A DNA stretch of 64,000 bases. Origin: Meyerozyma guilliermondii (taxonomy: Eukaryota). This document shows positions 10,139-21,775 of this stretch, one piece after another. The DNA lies in NCBI GenBank assembly GCA_051546255.1, contig CP128819.1, positions 372,001 to 436,000 of the forward strand, given 5' to 3'. The first letter of the stretch is position 1; the number at the start of each line of letters is the position of its first letter. The notes beneath the pieces are model-generated. The model did no database searches and was not told where the DNA came from. It saw nothing but the letters and a program-made list of their open reading frames with translations. Both the position numbers and the translations under genes were made by a program.

Positions 10139-11446
10139 ATGTCGAAAAGACACCAGAAAAATGTGGAGCGCCAGCTCATCGAGATCGTCAATTTGAGCGG
10201 CAACGACAACAAGTGTGGTGAATGTGGCGCCGGATATCCTACTTGGGCCTCGTGGAACTTGGGGATTCTTCTCTGCGGTCGCTGTGCTTCGGTGCATAGA
10301 AGAGTGTTGTCAGCCGACGTTTCCAAGGTAAAATCGTTGACTTTGGACACGTGGAGCAACGATCAGATCGAGAGGTTACGTCGCATTGGAAACCGCCGTG
10401 CTCGCAAGCGGTGGAACCCAAAAAGGGTGCCATTTCCCCACAGTGATGATGACGATTTGGGTCCCATCGAACAGTATGTGAGAGACAAATATCTCAACGG
10501 ACGCTTCCGTGACGACGGTATTGATGATTCCGAGTATAATGACCGCGCCGGTAGGTATTCAGACACTGGAGACGACTATGAGCCTTCAACCAGTCGCAGT
10601 AGACTGAACCTGGCACTTGTGAACTCTCGGTCTCGGGCACGATCAACAGGAGGACAATTGCCGGTGTTGACACACCGGAAGATGACAACATTCGAAAGCT
10701 CCCAATACTCCAACCAGACAGGTAAAATTTTGGGTTTTGGATATAAGAATCGGGACTCAGTTGTCGAGGCATTGATTTTGGCAGACGGTAATATAGAGAC
10801 CGCCCTAGATATATTGGACAATGACGCCCGAGTTAACCCCGAGGGTCAGGAGCAGGCTCCCAAACTCCCTTCGCGGCCTTCGTCGTCGAGACCTGCCCCA
10901 ACCACTCTGCTGGAAAGTAACCCTATGAGTCTGTTATTACAACCACCACAAAACGATTGGTGGAGCGGAAGCAGCACGTCTGCACCAGCCTCTGCCACGG
11001 CCACTGGACCCCAAATCTACCAATATACCGATCCAATCACGGGCCAAGTGTCGTATATCGATGCCAATGGACAGCAGTATCTCGACACCAACAACCCGCA
11101 GCATCAGCAACTTTTGGCTCAGCAGACAAACCCACAACTTATTGCTCAGCAAACAAACAAGCAAAACATATTGTCTTTGTACAATCAGCCTAATAACACA
11201 AACGTTGCAACCGATCCAAACCAATTGCAACAGCAACAATTACAACAACAACAGTTACAACAACAGCAGTTACAACAACAACAGTTACAACAACAGCAGT
11301 TACAACAACAACAGTTACAACAACAACAGTTACAGTATCAGCAACAAATGCAGTACCAGCAGTATCCCCAGCAAACAGGTTTCATGAATCAACAACCACA
11401 GGCCTTTCCGCAGTCCACTGGTCAGTTTCAGGGTTATCGCCAGTAA
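10139..11446 (+). CDS. GTS1: ArfGAP-domain protein with UBA-like domain and Gln-rich tail (Gts1-like)
   Basis: First ATG at 10139. CGEC..PTWASWNLGILLCGRCASVHR zinc finger; UBA-like segment (GFGY...VEAL...GNIETALDIL); polyQ tail. Confidence 0.8.
   Translation: MSKRHQKNVERQLIEIVNLSGNDNKCGECGAGYPTWASWNLGILLCGRCASVHRRVLSADVSKVKSLTLDTWSNDQIERLRRIGNRRARKRWNPKRVPFPHSDDDDLGPIEQYVRDKYLNGRFRDDGIDDSEYNDRAGRYSDTGDDYEPSTSRSRLNLALVNSRSRARSTGGQLPVLTHRKMTTFESSQYSNQTGKILGFGYKNRDSVVEALILADGNIETALDILDNDARVNPEGQEQAPKLPSRPSSSRPAPTTLLESNPMSLLLQPPQNDWWSGSSTSAPASATATGPQIYQYTDPITGQVSYIDANGQQYLDTNNPQHQQLLAQQTNPQLIAQQTNKQNILSLYNQPNNTNVATDPNQLQQQQLQQQQLQQQQLQQQQLQQQQLQQQQLQQQQLQYQQQMQYQQYPQQTGFMNQQPQAFPQSTGQFQGYRQ
11225..11335 (+). 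repeat. Coding 15-bp minisatellite (LQQQQ)x7
   Basis: Units TTA CAA CAA CAA/CAG CAG, with two variants alternating in the middle (30-bp higher-order period). Confidence 0.95.
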
Positions 11447-11762
11447 CTATGTTCAAACACAAAAAAGTCACGGTAAATAAACAACAAGTAGACCGATAGC
11501 TATCATAGGATAATGCTCAGTCCAAATTATAAGTTTACAAATTGTACGAAATTTACATAATTTACAATTATTGCATTTCAGCAATTCATGAACTATTTAA
11601 AACTAGTCATCTTGTCAACTAGTCATTCCTTACATTTTCTTCAATTTTTTACACCTCCAGTGGAACATCAAAAGCCGTTCTCTAATCACTCACATCTACA
11701 GCCTAGCATCTCTGAAATTGCTGGTATCTCCCATAGATCATCTTCCACCCGCATCTGGCAAG

Positions 11763-11831
11763 TTCCAGAACCCTCTCGAATCTACTACGAATTGGTCCGC
11801 GCACTACCGCATCTAATGGCTGCAATATAAA
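11763..11831 (+). promoter_or_regulatory. Heat-shock element plus TATA box of HSP104
   Basis: TTCcaGAAccCTCtcGAA (11763-11780, nGAAn array with one mismatch unit) and TATAAA at 11826-11831. Confidence 0.75.
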
Positions 11832-11865
11832 GCAATCAGCCCATTCGTTAATCGTCACTATCATT

Positions 11866-14568
11866 ATGGAAGAAACACAGTTTACTGACAATGCATTGAA
11901 CATCATAACGAATGCTACGCAGATAGCTAAGGAGGGAAGCCATGCTCAATTGATGCCTTTACATCTCTTGGCAGCAATGGTTCCTTCCGACAATGAGTCT
12001 TCGACCCCATACTTGAAGACGTTGATAACGAAGGCTAGGTATGAATGGCCGGATTTTGAAAGAATAGTCAACCGCAGGGTGGTGAGACTTCCATCGCAGA
12101 ATCCACCTCCAGATACTCCAGCGCCAAGTTATGCTACGGGACAAGTATTGCAGAAAGCTGCAAAATTCAAGACCCAGCAAAAGGACAATTATATTGCTCA
12201 GGATCATATATTATTGGCATTGCTTGAGGACGCTAGTATCAAGGAAATATTCAAGGAAGCCGGAATCAACACGGAGACCATACTGAGCGAAGTCATGGAG
12301 ATGAGAAAGGGCCAGAGAATTGACAGTCGAACTGCCGACTCGTCGCAAACGTTTGAGTTCTTGAGCAAGTATTGCGAAGACTTGACGGAAAAGGCTCGTG
12401 AGGGAAGAATAGACCCTGTCATTGGTCGTGAAGAAGAGATCAGGAGGGTCATCAGAGTGTTGGCAAGAAGAACAAAGTCCAACTCGGTCCTCATTGGTGA
12501 GGCTGGTGTTGGTAAGACATCTATTGTGGAAGGTGTGGCCCAGAGAATTGTTGACGGGGACGTGCCTAATGTGTTATCCCAGGCACGTTTGTTCGCTCTC
12601 GATCTCGGCGCATTGACCGCTGGTGCAAAGTACAAGGGTGAATTCGAAGAGAGAATCAAGGGAGTATTGAAAGATATCGAGAACTCGAAAGACATGATCA
12701 TCCTTTTCATCGACGAAATCCACATGTTAATGGGCGATGGAAAGTCTGACGCTGCTAACTTGTTGAAACCCATGTTAGCCAGAGGTTCACTCCACTGTAT
12801 TGGTGCTACCACATTCAGTGAATATCAAAAGTTCATTGCTAAGGATGGTGCCTTTGAGAGAAGATTCCAAAAGATTGACGTTCCTGCCGCTACTGTCAAC
12901 GAGACTGTGGCTATTTTGAGAGGCTTGCAACCAAGATACGAAATCCACCACGGAGTGCGTATTTTGGATAGTGCTCTTGTCACAGCAGCTCAATTAGCTT
13001 CTCGTTATTTGACCTACAGAAGCTTACCAGATTCTGCAGTGGACCTCATAGATGAAAGTGCAGCCACTGTAGCTGTCGCTCGTGACTCCAAGCCCGAAGA
13101 GTTGGACAATTTGGAGCGTGAGCTTCACTTGGTTGAGGTGGAAATCAATGCCCTTGAAAGAGATGTGGATGCAGATTCTGCCTCCAAGGATCGTCTCGAG
13201 ATCGCTAAGAGGAAGCAAGCTGAATTGATTGAAAAGTTGAACCCATTGAGAGAACAATTCAACCAAGAACGGGCAGGACATGAAGAATTGATTGCAGCCA
13301 AGAGAAAGTTGGATGAGCTTGAAATCAAAGCTCATGATGCTGAAAGACGGCACGAAACCGCAAAGGCTGCAGACTTGAGATACTTTGCCATTCCTGACGT
13401 TCAGAAACACATTCAAGAGCTTGAGATTAAGGTAGCTGAGGAAGAGGCACAAGAAGGACTGGAAGCCTTATTAAGAAATGTTGTCGGTTCAGAGCAAGTA
13501 TCTGAAACTGCTGCCAAGCTCACGGGAATTCCAGTAACCAAATTGACTCGTGCTGAGAATTCCAAATTGATCAACATGGAGAAAGAATTGGCTTCTGAGG
13601 TTGTTGGACAGCCAGAAGCAGTCAAGGCGGTTTCCAATGCTATCAGATTGTCACGCTCTGGACTTGCCAATCCAAACCAACCAGCTTCATTCTTGTTCCT
13701 CGGTTTATCGGGTTCCGGTAAGACTGAATTGGCCAAGAAGTTGGCCGGGTTCTTGTTTGCCGATGAAAGGGCCATGATAAGAATTGACTGTTCCGAGTTG
13801 GGAGACAAGTGGTCCGCCTCTAAATTATTGGGTGCTGCTCCAGGTTATGTTGGTTATGAAGAGGGAGGAATCCTTACAGAGGCTTTGATTCGTCGTCCAT
13901 ACTCTGTTGTTTTGTTTGATGAAGTTGAGAAGGCTGCTCCTGAGGTTTTGACCGTCTTGTTGCAGGTCTTGGATGATGGTAGAATCACTTCATCTCAAGG
14001 AAAGGTGGTGAATTGCGCCAATGCAATCTTTATTATGACATCTAACCTTGGTGCTCAGTTCATCAACAACTCGCTGCACTCCAAGATCGATCCTCAAACC
14101 AAGGAATTGGTTATGACTGCTGTCAGAAACCACTTCAGACCCGAGTTCTTAAATCGTATTTCGGGTATGATTGTGTTCAACCGGTTGTCTAGAAAGGCCA
14201 TCGCCAAGATTGTCAAGATCCGGTTGAACGAAATACAAAAGAGATTTGCAGCTAATGGCAAAGCATTTACGTTGTCGTTGGACGATGCAGCATTGGAGTA
14301 CTTGTGCAAAAACGGTTACTCCTCGGATCTCGGAGCACGTCCTTTGAACCGTCTTATTCAGAATGAAATTTTGAACAAGTTGGCGATCCTTCTTTTGAAA
14401 GGTCAAATCAAAGACAAGGAGACTGCTAGAGTCACACTTGGCTCTAAAGGCCTCGAGGTTATACCTAATCACGATGTCGAAGACATGGATATGGGAGATG
14501 CGGATGACGAAGGCTGGTGGGACGTTGATGACGATGATGATGACGACGTTGTTGAAACCCTCGATTGA
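11866..14568 (+). CDS. HSP104: Hsp104 AAA+ disaggregase (ClpB family, cytosolic)
   Basis: Walker A motifs GEAGVGKT and GLSGSGKT, LFIDEIH, LFDEVEKA, GARPL; N-terminal domain and acidic tail. Confidence 0.97.
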   Translation: MEETQFTDNALNIITNATQIAKEGSHAQLMPLHLLAAMVPSDNESSTPYLKTLITKARYEWPDFERIVNRRVVRLPSQNPPPDTPAPSYATGQVLQKAAKFKTQQKDNYIAQDHILLALLEDASIKEIFKEAGINTETILSEVMEMRKGQRIDSRTADSSQTFEFLSKYCEDLTEKAREGRIDPVIGREEEIRRVIRVLARRTKSNSVLIGEAGVGKTSIVEGVAQRIVDGDVPNVLSQARLFALDLGALTAGAKYKGEFEERIKGVLKDIENSKDMIILFIDEIHMLMGDGKSDAANLLKPMLARGSLHCIGATTFSEYQKFIAKDGAFERRFQKIDVPAATVNETVAILRGLQPRYEIHHGVRILDSALVTAAQLASRYLTYRSLPDSAVDLIDESAATVAVARDSKPEELDNLERELHLVEVEINALERDVDADSASKDRLEIAKRKQAELIEKLNPLREQFNQERAGHEELIAAKRKLDELEIKAHDAERRHETAKAADLRYFAIPDVQKHIQELEIKVAEEEAQEGLEALLRNVVGSEQVSETAAKLTGIPVTKLTRAENSKLINMEKELASEVVGQPEAVKAVSNAIRLSRSGLANPNQPASFLFLGLSGSGKTELAKKLAGFLFADERAMIRIDCSELGDKWSASKLLGAAPGYVGYEEGGILTEALIRRPYSVVLFDEVEKAAPEVLTVLLQVLDDGRITSSQGKVVNCANAIFIMTSNLGAQFINNSLHSKIDPQTKELVMTAVRNHFRPEFLNRISGMIVFNRLSRKAIAKIVKIRLNEIQKRFAANGKAFTLSLDDAALEYLCKNGYSSDLGARPLNRLIQNEILNKLAILLLKGQIKDKETARVTLGSKGLEVIPNHDVEDMDMGDADDEGWWDVDDDDDDDVVETLD

Positions 14569-14777
14569 TGTAATTGGAAAGTACTTATGATAAGAAATGA
14601 GTAATGTTTACGAAATAGGAATAATACAATACAATATAAAGCCAGAAGTTTGTAGGTGGCCCCGCTTAGGAGTCCACAAAGTGTATTAGTCTTTTGTGTC
14701 CACTATCTGCACACTACGTTACTTCCACGAGCGACTCTTGTATCTGCACCCAATTCGTTTTTCGCAGCCCAATTCTA

Positions 14778-14793
14778 CTCATCGCGAAAATTT
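14778..14793 (+). promoter_or_regulatory. PAC and RRPE-like ribosome-biogenesis motifs upstream of TIF6
   Basis: CTCATCGC (reverse of GCGATGAG) directly followed by GAAAATTT. Confidence 0.7.
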
Positions 14794-14840
14794 CAAATTC
14801 TCATTAAAACTCATTTCATTGCCATCAACATCTAGCAAGT

Positions 14841-15578
14841 ATGGCCACTAGAACTCAGTTTGAAAACTCGAACGAGGTAGGTGTGTTTGCAAAACTCACC
14901 AACTCGTATGCTCTTGTAGCCGTCGGAGGCTCAGAAAACTTCTACTCTGCTTTTGAAGCCGAACTTGGAGATGTCATCCCTATCGTTCACACCACCATTG
15001 CTGGTACTCGTATAGTTGGACGTATGACCGCTGGAAACCGAAGAGGATTGTTGGTGCCCACCCAGACCACAGACCAAGAGTTGATGCACTTGCGTAACTC
15101 GCTCCCAGATAGCGTAAAGATTCAAAGAGTTGAGGAAAGATTATCAGCATTAGGAAATGTGATTTGTTGTAACGATTATGTTGCATTGGTGCACCCAGAT
15201 ATCGAAAGAGAGACCGAGGAGCTCATTGCCGATGTGCTTGGTGTCGAAGTGTTTCGTCAAACCATTGCTGGAAATGTGTTGGTTGGATCATACTGTGCAC
15301 TTTCCAACCAAGGTGGTATAGTACATCCTCAAACCTCGATTCAAGATCAAGAGGAATTGTCATCTTTGTTACAGGTGCCTTTGGTGGCAGGAACTGTCAA
15401 CCGAGGATCCTCGGTGGTAGGAGCTGGAATGGTGGTGAACGACTGGTTGTCGGTAGCAGGTTTGGATACGACTGCGCCAGAATTATCTGTGATTGAGTCT
15501 ATATTCAGACTTCAAGATGCTCAACCTGATTCTATTTCGGGCAACTTGAGAGATACCTTGATCGAGACATACTCGTGA
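14841..15578 (+). CDS. TIF6: Translation initiation factor eIF6 / 60S biogenesis factor
   Basis: 245 aa, [21 protein letters not shown]...[10 protein letters not shown], near-identical to yeast Tif6. Confidence 0.98.
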   Translation: MATRTQFENSNEVGVFAKLTNSYALVAVGGSENFYSAFEAELGDVIPIVHTTIAGTRIVGRMTAGNRRGLLVPTQTTDQELMHLRNSLPDSVKIQRVEERLSALGNVICCNDYVALVHPDIERETEELIADVLGVEVFRQTIAGNVLVGSYCALSNQGGIVHPQTSIQDQEELSSLLQVPLVAGTVNRGSSVVGAGMVVNDWLSVAGLDTTAPELSVIESIFRLQDAQPDSISGNLRDTLIETYS

Positions 15579-16033
15579 ATTGCATTGTAGAATAGATTAA
15601 TGTACGACCGGAGCAGAAGGGAAGATTCTAAATAAGAAAGTGACAAATATGAGAAGTTACAGAATGAGAAGTGGAGGATGAAGAAGTAAAGAAACAAAAG
15701 AATCGCCTCAACTATCAACTCACCTATACGTTTTCTTGCATCGTCTCTAGACTTTCGCAACCTTCCAGTTTAGGAAATTGGTGCCCCAGTGTCCCGACAC
15801 AAGTATTCGAAAAATGACCATTGAGGGGCCCGACCATTGTTATATCAACAAATAGCCATATACATGTTCTCCTCTTTACCTACTGAACAATTTAGCCGCT
15901 TTTCCCAAATCTGTAGCATCTTTCCATATGACGGTGTCTTGGTGCTTCCCCACTCGCATGTGGAAATTGTAGGCGCCATACAACAAGAAGCCAGTATTAT
16001 TTCAACTTTCAATTGATCACTAAATCCTAGGAA

Positions 16034-19000
16034 ATGGACTTTTTCGGGATACCCCGTGGCAGTATACGCTCTGCCGCCTTCGACAAGTTGGCTGCGTTGG
16101 GCAGTGACCTCGGGAAATCGGATCATTTTGCAAAATTGATCAGTGAAACCTCAGTCTCGAATGATTCTAATTCGGGTAAAAACCAGTTATCTGAAGTTGA
16201 AATCTCGATCAGAGAATACGAAGTGCTTCTCTCGTTGTGTAACAACACCAAGGTTCTCAGTGCCAGCGCCGAACCTCTGGGAAAATTTGGAAAATTGACC
16301 AACGCTGATGTTCTCTTCAGTAAGTTGAAACAGTACCTTCTTGAATTACCAACGCAAAAATTTGCCCATTCGATCACTTCCAGACGTGGATGTCCACCGC
16401 CATGGTTTGAGGCAGCCTCATCCATCACTGCTGCGTTGGCAGACTTGCTGGTGGTACCTGGTTTCTTTGACCATGTCGTTCAGACGTTGTTTGATTTCAC
16501 GGGAAAACTTTTCCAAAACAATAATCAACTCGAGCTTTGCAATTACTTGACTATTTTGGGATTCTTGGACGGTTTAACCAAGAGAGCCTTCATTTTGGCT
16601 ACATCTGAACAGTCGTTCAAAATCTTTTTGACTTTGGATGCTTGTATCGACAACTTTGAATTTCTCAGCGAAGTAGAAGAATACTCAAATACCGTCTATT
16701 CACAGACAGATAATGAGTATAGTGCTTTCATGGACAGTGAATTGGTGTCAGACCTTTCACCAGTTTTATTTATTGAGCGGTTGAGTAACTTGATGTGCGC
16801 CAGTATCAGCTCAATCTTGGGTAATAAGGACTTGCCCTTGCTCGAGTACTTGTTGCAAAAGTCTAGCAACGTTGAAGATGCAACTGAGTCAAAGGAAGCC
16901 AATGGAACTATACGTGAGTCTGATATTTCTGATATCTCAAATGACCATATGGCCATTATCAAGAAGCTTACAAGTATAGCCGTCTCCAAAATGGGCTTCT
17001 TGGACCGTGGAGAATCCTACATTGTTTACTCTACGCTTAACAGATTGAAAATTGGGTATTCGGCTAAAGGACTCAATTTACAAGTCATTGGATGTGGAAT
17101 GTTCACCGATAACATTGACTTATCTATTGCTTACCGTCTCTTCAAGAATTGCTTATCCATCTACGATGTGATGTTGGATACCAGATTGGGGCCTTCCGTG
17201 ATGCAATTTGGTTCTCTTTTGGTGTTCAAAGATGAAAACATCGGGTCGTCCTTAACAAGAGCCTTCACGTCGCTTGTCTCAAATCCTCATTTGAATTACG
17301 AATACTGCGTTAAAGTCTCCCATTGTGTGGGTTTGGCTGGTAAAGTGCTTTCGCAGGATGCTGTGGTCACTACAATCTATGCCTTGACCAACTTGATCTT
17401 CACTGATGAGGACGGAGTACAAGTACGCAGCTCAATTAGAAGAAACACAGGCTTGAGTCGTGTTGATTCCTTCTCAACGAAAGACTTGGCCAACATGTCA
17501 ATGTCTCGTCGTTCGTCCAGGCCAGGCTCGATTATCTCCAGCCATCAAGGCAAACGGCCACCTAGGTTTGTTAATGAGAAACAAAACAACGGAAAAGGTT
17601 ATGATCTCAACAACAAAGACCATATCAAGGTTTGTAAAAATGCGGTTGCGGCTATCAGTAACATCGTTGAAGCCTGTGAGGATGAAGTCGTAAGTACCCT
17701 TGCGGTAACTTTATTGGCCCAAAAGACAAACAAGCTCAGCTCGTCCATTGGACCAATTTTATTGAGAGGACTCGTTGCTTGTGCCCCATACTTACCCGAG
17801 CGTGAGTTTGTGATATTGGTCGAATTATTTGACAGATTGACCATCGATGCATTTGATCAAAAGAACGAACACCTTCTCAATGATCTCATCGATGCTAGAT
17901 CTCAACTAGGAAAGAAACTCAAACCTTCAAACATTCTTTATCAAGTCTACTTGCACTCTCTTTTGCATGCTATTATTAGCAAAGGTGACGTTGAAGAGCT
18001 TGAACACCACAGGTCGCACTCGGAAATCAGTAGTGTTGGTGAGGTGATTGGTACTTATTTGCAGCCTTTGGCACTGTTGTTACCAGATCCTAACACTGAC
18101 GACCAACCATTGAAACTCGAAGATACTGAAACCATCAATTTGTTCAGAAATATTTGGTTTAACATGGTGGTGCACGGATATTCCATCAACTCCAAGAGTG
18201 CCAAGGCTTACTCCACCGAGTTGATGAGAATCGCATACAACTCTCCTCCTCTCGCCTCAGAGCTTTCGTGGGACCGTACTGAAACGTCTCTTGAATTGAA
18301 CACAGTTTTGAGAAGAGGTTCTTCTAATCATAATGTGAAAGACCACAAGCATATTCTTGGTGATGTCTTTGAGGTTCACCGCAGTATGTCGTACCCAAAG
18401 ATGATGTTTTTGGCCGCTAGTATCTTTGTGGAATCTCTTCGAGTGAAGACAGGAAATTGTTATCGTACACTTGAGTACTTTACTGACCCATCAATGAGAA
18501 ACAGTGGTGTGGAGAAATACCTTGGGCACATTGCCTTTAAGGTTGTGAAAGATTATATTTACCTCATCAATTGTGGGGCTCACAAGCTGTTTAGTGCTCT
18601 GAATAGTGCTGAACTGCTCTCGCAAATCTTGATTTACAGCTGCCACAGAATTGAGGAATTACAAGATGCAGCTTTGCAATGCTGTGACTTATTGATCCAC
18701 AAAGTTCCTTCGTCATTGTGCCATCGCCGCAGTTTGTTTGCCTTGTTTGATTTGCTTTCGATGCTCTGCGACAGTGTTATTGACTCTGAAGTCAACCAAT
18801 ATCTGCCTACAACGACGTATACCGCATCACGTTCTGGAATCCAGCTTCGGTTGTCTGACTCTCTCAAATGGCGTTCGTCCACATTTGAACGCTTGCGCGA
18901 GAAGGCTAGACAGTGGCTCAAGTTGGTTTTGGTGAAGCTGCCTGTGGATGTCAAGAGTTTGATTCAATCTTACGTTTCCGTTCAAGACAAGATTCCAAGA

Positions 19001-21775
19001 TCAAAGATTCAATATGGTGACTCTTTTGCGATGGAAATGGGAGGAAGTGTCTCAACAAGTGATCGTGAATTGAGCTCTATTTCGAGAATAGGCACCAATG
19101 ATTTGAGTACGTTACCTTCGCTTGTTGTGCAACTCGGATGGAGAAGTAACATGGTTAGTGACTTGATGGACAAAGTCTCCTTGCACTCACGTAGTGATGT
19201 TGAGGCTGCTTTTAATAAGTTACGTGAGAAGATGGATAAACTTCGAGCCAAAATCATCAACAAGAAGCAGCACGTTAATACGCAAGAAGTAACAGATGTC
19301 CTTGGTGATTGCGCAGCTTTGACAATCATGACAGAGAGCAATTCGGCGGAAATGATCAGGTATTTGGTCGGTATCCCGTTCTTGATTTTTGAGCCCGCAA
19401 TCATGAACTCTTCTATCGATATCTGGTTCACTGTTATGAAAGACCATCCACAACTTTCCACGTTATTGTTGTCTGAAATTGCAAAGAAATGGGAAGTTTC
19501 AATTGACACAAAGCAGGGTATTTTCTCGCGTGAGTACGATATCAAAGACTCTGAATTTACCCTCATGGAGTATGTTCCAAGTAACGATAAAGTATTAAAG
19601 GCTGCTGAGTTGGCAAGAAGAAAGTTTGAACCACATCAGCAAATTATTCGTCTTTTCTCGTCGAGTTTTACAGCCACCTTGAATCAAAGTGACCATATTC
19701 TCAAAATGTTCACCAGGTTCGTTGAATATGGTATAACCAGACTTCCCGAGGCGAGCTCTCACCCATTAGCGAGATTCACTTGGTTTGAGCTTATTAGGTT
19801 TGGATTTGATGTATTGAACTATCATTCGAAATTGGGTTCCAGATGTGTCAGGCGGTTGACCAAACACCTTTTGGATGCAGCGCTTTCGTGGTTCTCACAC
19901 AGAGCAAAGTACCCATTCGGATCCAACCAGATCAGACTCAAGGCCGAGAATGGGTTATTGACAGAGGTGGCTCATCTCTTTTCAAGAATTGAGACTTTTC
20001 AAAGAAACGATTTGGAGTCTCAAAAGACGATATTGATGTTCTTCCTTGATGATGAGATCACCAAAATCAACGTTTGGTTGAATCCAACCGCCCACAAGGA
20101 CCCCAAGGGTGCTCTCATATCGAACCAAATCTCTGGTCAGCACATTATTCGTGCCTACGAGATCAACGCAATGTTAGCTGTCAACTTGGCATTGAGATAC
20201 AAGATCAAAAATTTGGACGAGATTCTTCAAAATCTCATCAAGAAGGATCCTCTAGCCGCTATTTCGTACCCAGACGCCGTGCAGTACTTGATTGGAATTG
20301 ATGCTGGCAAGAATAACCCTAGTCATCATCTCTTGTTCTGGCAAACATTGTCGCCAGTTGATTGTATCACATTGTTCTTACCACCTTTTGGAAGCAATCC
20401 ATTTGTTCTTCAATTCTCTATGAGATCTTTGGAACAACACGACGTGAACCTTACCTTCTTCTACGTTCCTCAAATTGTGCAATCTCTTCGATTTGATGCC
20501 AAAGGGTACGTTGAACGGTTCATTGTTGAAACAGCCAAAGTGTCACAATTGTTTGCCCACCAGATTATCTGGAACATGTTGGCAAACAGTTACAAGGATT
20601 TGGACTCTACTGATCCTGATTCCTTGAAACCATCCTTGGACAGGATCCAAGAGGAAATGCTTGAGTCAGTAGGCGAAGAAGACTTGGAGTTTTACCACAA
20701 AGAGTTTGGATTCTTTAACGAAGTCACTGGAATTTCTGGAAAGTTAATGCCATACGTTAAGAAAACCAAGGCCGAAAAGAAAGTCAAGATTGATGAGGAA
20801 ATGGCCAAGATCGAAGTCAAGCCTGGAGTATACTTACCAAGTAACCCTGACGGAGTTGTTGTTGATATCAGTCGGAAGTCAGGGCGCCCATTGCAATCCC
20901 ATGCAAAGACACCATTCATGGCTACGTTCAAGATCAAAAAGACCATCGAGGAAGCTACTGAGGATGGAGAAATCAAGTCTTATGAGATCGAAAAATGGCA
21001 GAGTGCCATTTTCAAAGTTGGTGATGATTGTCGTCAAGATGTTCTTGCATTACAATTGATTTCCGTGTTTAGAACCATATGGGCTAACGCAGGGTTGGAC
21101 TTGTATGTGTACCCCAACCGAGTTACTGCTACCGCTCCTGGCTGTGGAGTTATTGATGTCTTGCCAAACTCTGTTTCGAGAGATATGTTAGGAAGAGAAG
21201 CTGTTAACGGATTATACGAGTACTTTATCAACAAGTTTGGACCAGAAAACAGCATTGAATTTGAAAGGGCAAGAAACAATTTGATCCGTTCTTTGGCTGC
21301 CTATTCCATCATTTCGTTCTTGTTGCAATTCAAAGATCGTCACAATGGTAACATTATGTACGACGACCAAGGACACATTCTTCACATTGATTTTGGATTC
21401 TGTTTCGATATTGTACCTGGAGGTGTCAAGTTCGAAGTAGCACCGTTCAAATTGACCCACGAAATGATCTTGATCTTGGGTGGTCGTCACGATACTCAGG
21501 CTTTCCAATGGTTTGAAGAATTGTGTGTGAAAGGTTACTTGGCATGCAGACCGTATATGGAGACGATAGTGAGGTGTGTTACGCCCATGTTGGAAAGTGG
21601 GTTGCCATGCTTCAAAGACACTACAATTAAAAAGCTCCGCTCGAGATTCGTTCCAGGAAAGAGCGAGCGCGAAGCATCCATCTACTTCCGTGGTCTTATC
21701 AAAAAGTCCATGGAAAGTTTTTACACCAAAGGTTACGACGAGTTCCAAAGACTTACCAATGGAATTCCTTACTGA
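16034..21775 (+). CDS. STT4: Phosphatidylinositol 4-kinase type III alpha
   Basis: 1913 aa; FYVPQIVQSLR, IFKVGDDCRQD, FKDRHNGN, HIDFGF; ends LTNGIPY. Confidence 0.96.
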   Translation: MDFFGIPRGSIRSAAFDKLAALGSDLGKSDHFAKLISETSVSNDSNSGKNQLSEVEISIREYEVLLSLCNNTKVLSASAEPLGKFGKLTNADVLFSKLKQYLLELPTQKFAHSITSRRGCPPPWFEAASSITAALADLLVVPGFFDHVVQTLFDFTGKLFQNNNQLELCNYLTILGFLDGLTKRAFILATSEQSFKIFLTLDACIDNFEFLSEVEEYSNTVYSQTDNEYSAFMDSELVSDLSPVLFIERLSNLMCASISSILGNKDLPLLEYLLQKSSNVEDATESKEANGTIRESDISDISNDHMAIIKKLTSIAVSKMGFLDRGESYIVYSTLNRLKIGYSAKGLNLQVIGCGMFTDNIDLSIAYRLFKNCLSIYDVMLDTRLGPSVMQFGSLLVFKDENIGSSLTRAFTSLVSNPHLNYEYCVKVSHCVGLAGKVLSQDAVVTTIYALTNLIFTDEDGVQVRSSIRRNTGLSRVDSFSTKDLANMSMSRRSSRPGSIISSHQGKRPPRFVNEKQNNGKGYDLNNKDHIKVCKNAVAAISNIVEACEDEVVSTLAVTLLAQKTNKLSSSIGPILLRGLVACAPYLPEREFVILVELFDRLTIDAFDQKNEHLLNDLIDARSQLGKKLKPSNILYQVYLHSLLHAIISKGDVEELEHHRSHSEISSVGEVIGTYLQPLALLLPDPNTDDQPLKLEDTETINLFRNIWFNMVVHGYSINSKSAKAYSTELMRIAYNSPPLASELSWDRTETSLELNTVLRRGSSNHNVKDHKHILGDVFEVHRSMSYPKMMFLAASIFVESLRVKTGNCYRTLEYFTDPSMRNSGVEKYLGHIAFKVVKDYIYLINCGAHKLFSALNSAELLSQILIYSCHRIEELQDAALQCCDLLIHKVPSSLCHRRSLFALFDLLSMLCDSVIDSEVNQYLPTTTYTASRSGIQLRLSDSLKWRSSTFERLREKARQWLKLVLVKLPVDVKSLIQSYVSVQDKIPRSKIQYGDSFAMEMGGSVSTSDRELSSISRIGTNDLSTLPSLVVQLGWRSNMVSDLMDKVSLHSRSDVEAAFNKLREKMDKLRAKIINKKQHVNTQEVTDVLGDCAALTIMTESNSAEMIRYLVGIPFLIFEPAIMNSSIDIWFTVMKDHPQLSTLLLSEIAKKWEVSIDTKQGIFSREYDIKDSEFTLMEYVPSNDKVLKAAELARRKFEPHQQIIRLFSSSFTATLNQSDHILKMFTRFVEYGITRLPEASSHPLARFTWFELIRFGFDVLNYHSKLGSRCVRRLTKHLLDAALSWFSHRAKYPFGSNQIRLKAENGLLTEVAHLFSRIETFQRNDLESQKTILMFFLDDEITKINVWLNPTAHKDPKGALISNQISGQHIIRAYEINAMLAVNLALRYKIKNLDEILQNLIKKDPLAAISYPDAVQYLIGIDAGKNNPSHHLLFWQTLSPVDCITLFLPPFGSNPFVLQFSMRSLEQHDVNLTFFYVPQIVQSLRFDAKGYVERFIVETAKVSQLFAHQIIWNMLANSYKDLDSTDPDSLKPSLDRIQEEMLESVGEEDLEFYHKEFGFFNEVTGISGKLMPYVKKTKAEKKVKIDEEMAKIEVKPGVYLPSNPDGVVVDISRKSGRPLQSHAKTPFMATFKIKKTIEEATEDGEIKSYEIEKWQSAIFKVGDDCRQDVLALQLISVFRTIWANAGLDLYVYPNRVTATAPGCGVIDVLPNSVSRDMLGREAVNGLYEYFINKFGPENSIEFERARNNLIRSLAAYSIISFLLQFKDRHNGNIMYDDQGHILHIDFGFCFDIVPGGVKFEVAPFKLTHEMILILGGRHDTQAFQWFEELCVKGYLACRPYMETIVRCVTPMLESGLPCFKDTTIKKLRSRFVPGKSEREASIYFRGLIKKSMESFYTKGYDEFQRLTNGIPY

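Noticed and set aside
12204..13808. Several 130-200-aa antisense ORFs within HSP104
   Set aside because: Typical codon-bias shadows of a conserved gene. The same applies to antisense ORFs in STT4, KGD2, ARO2, SWA2 and CTR9.
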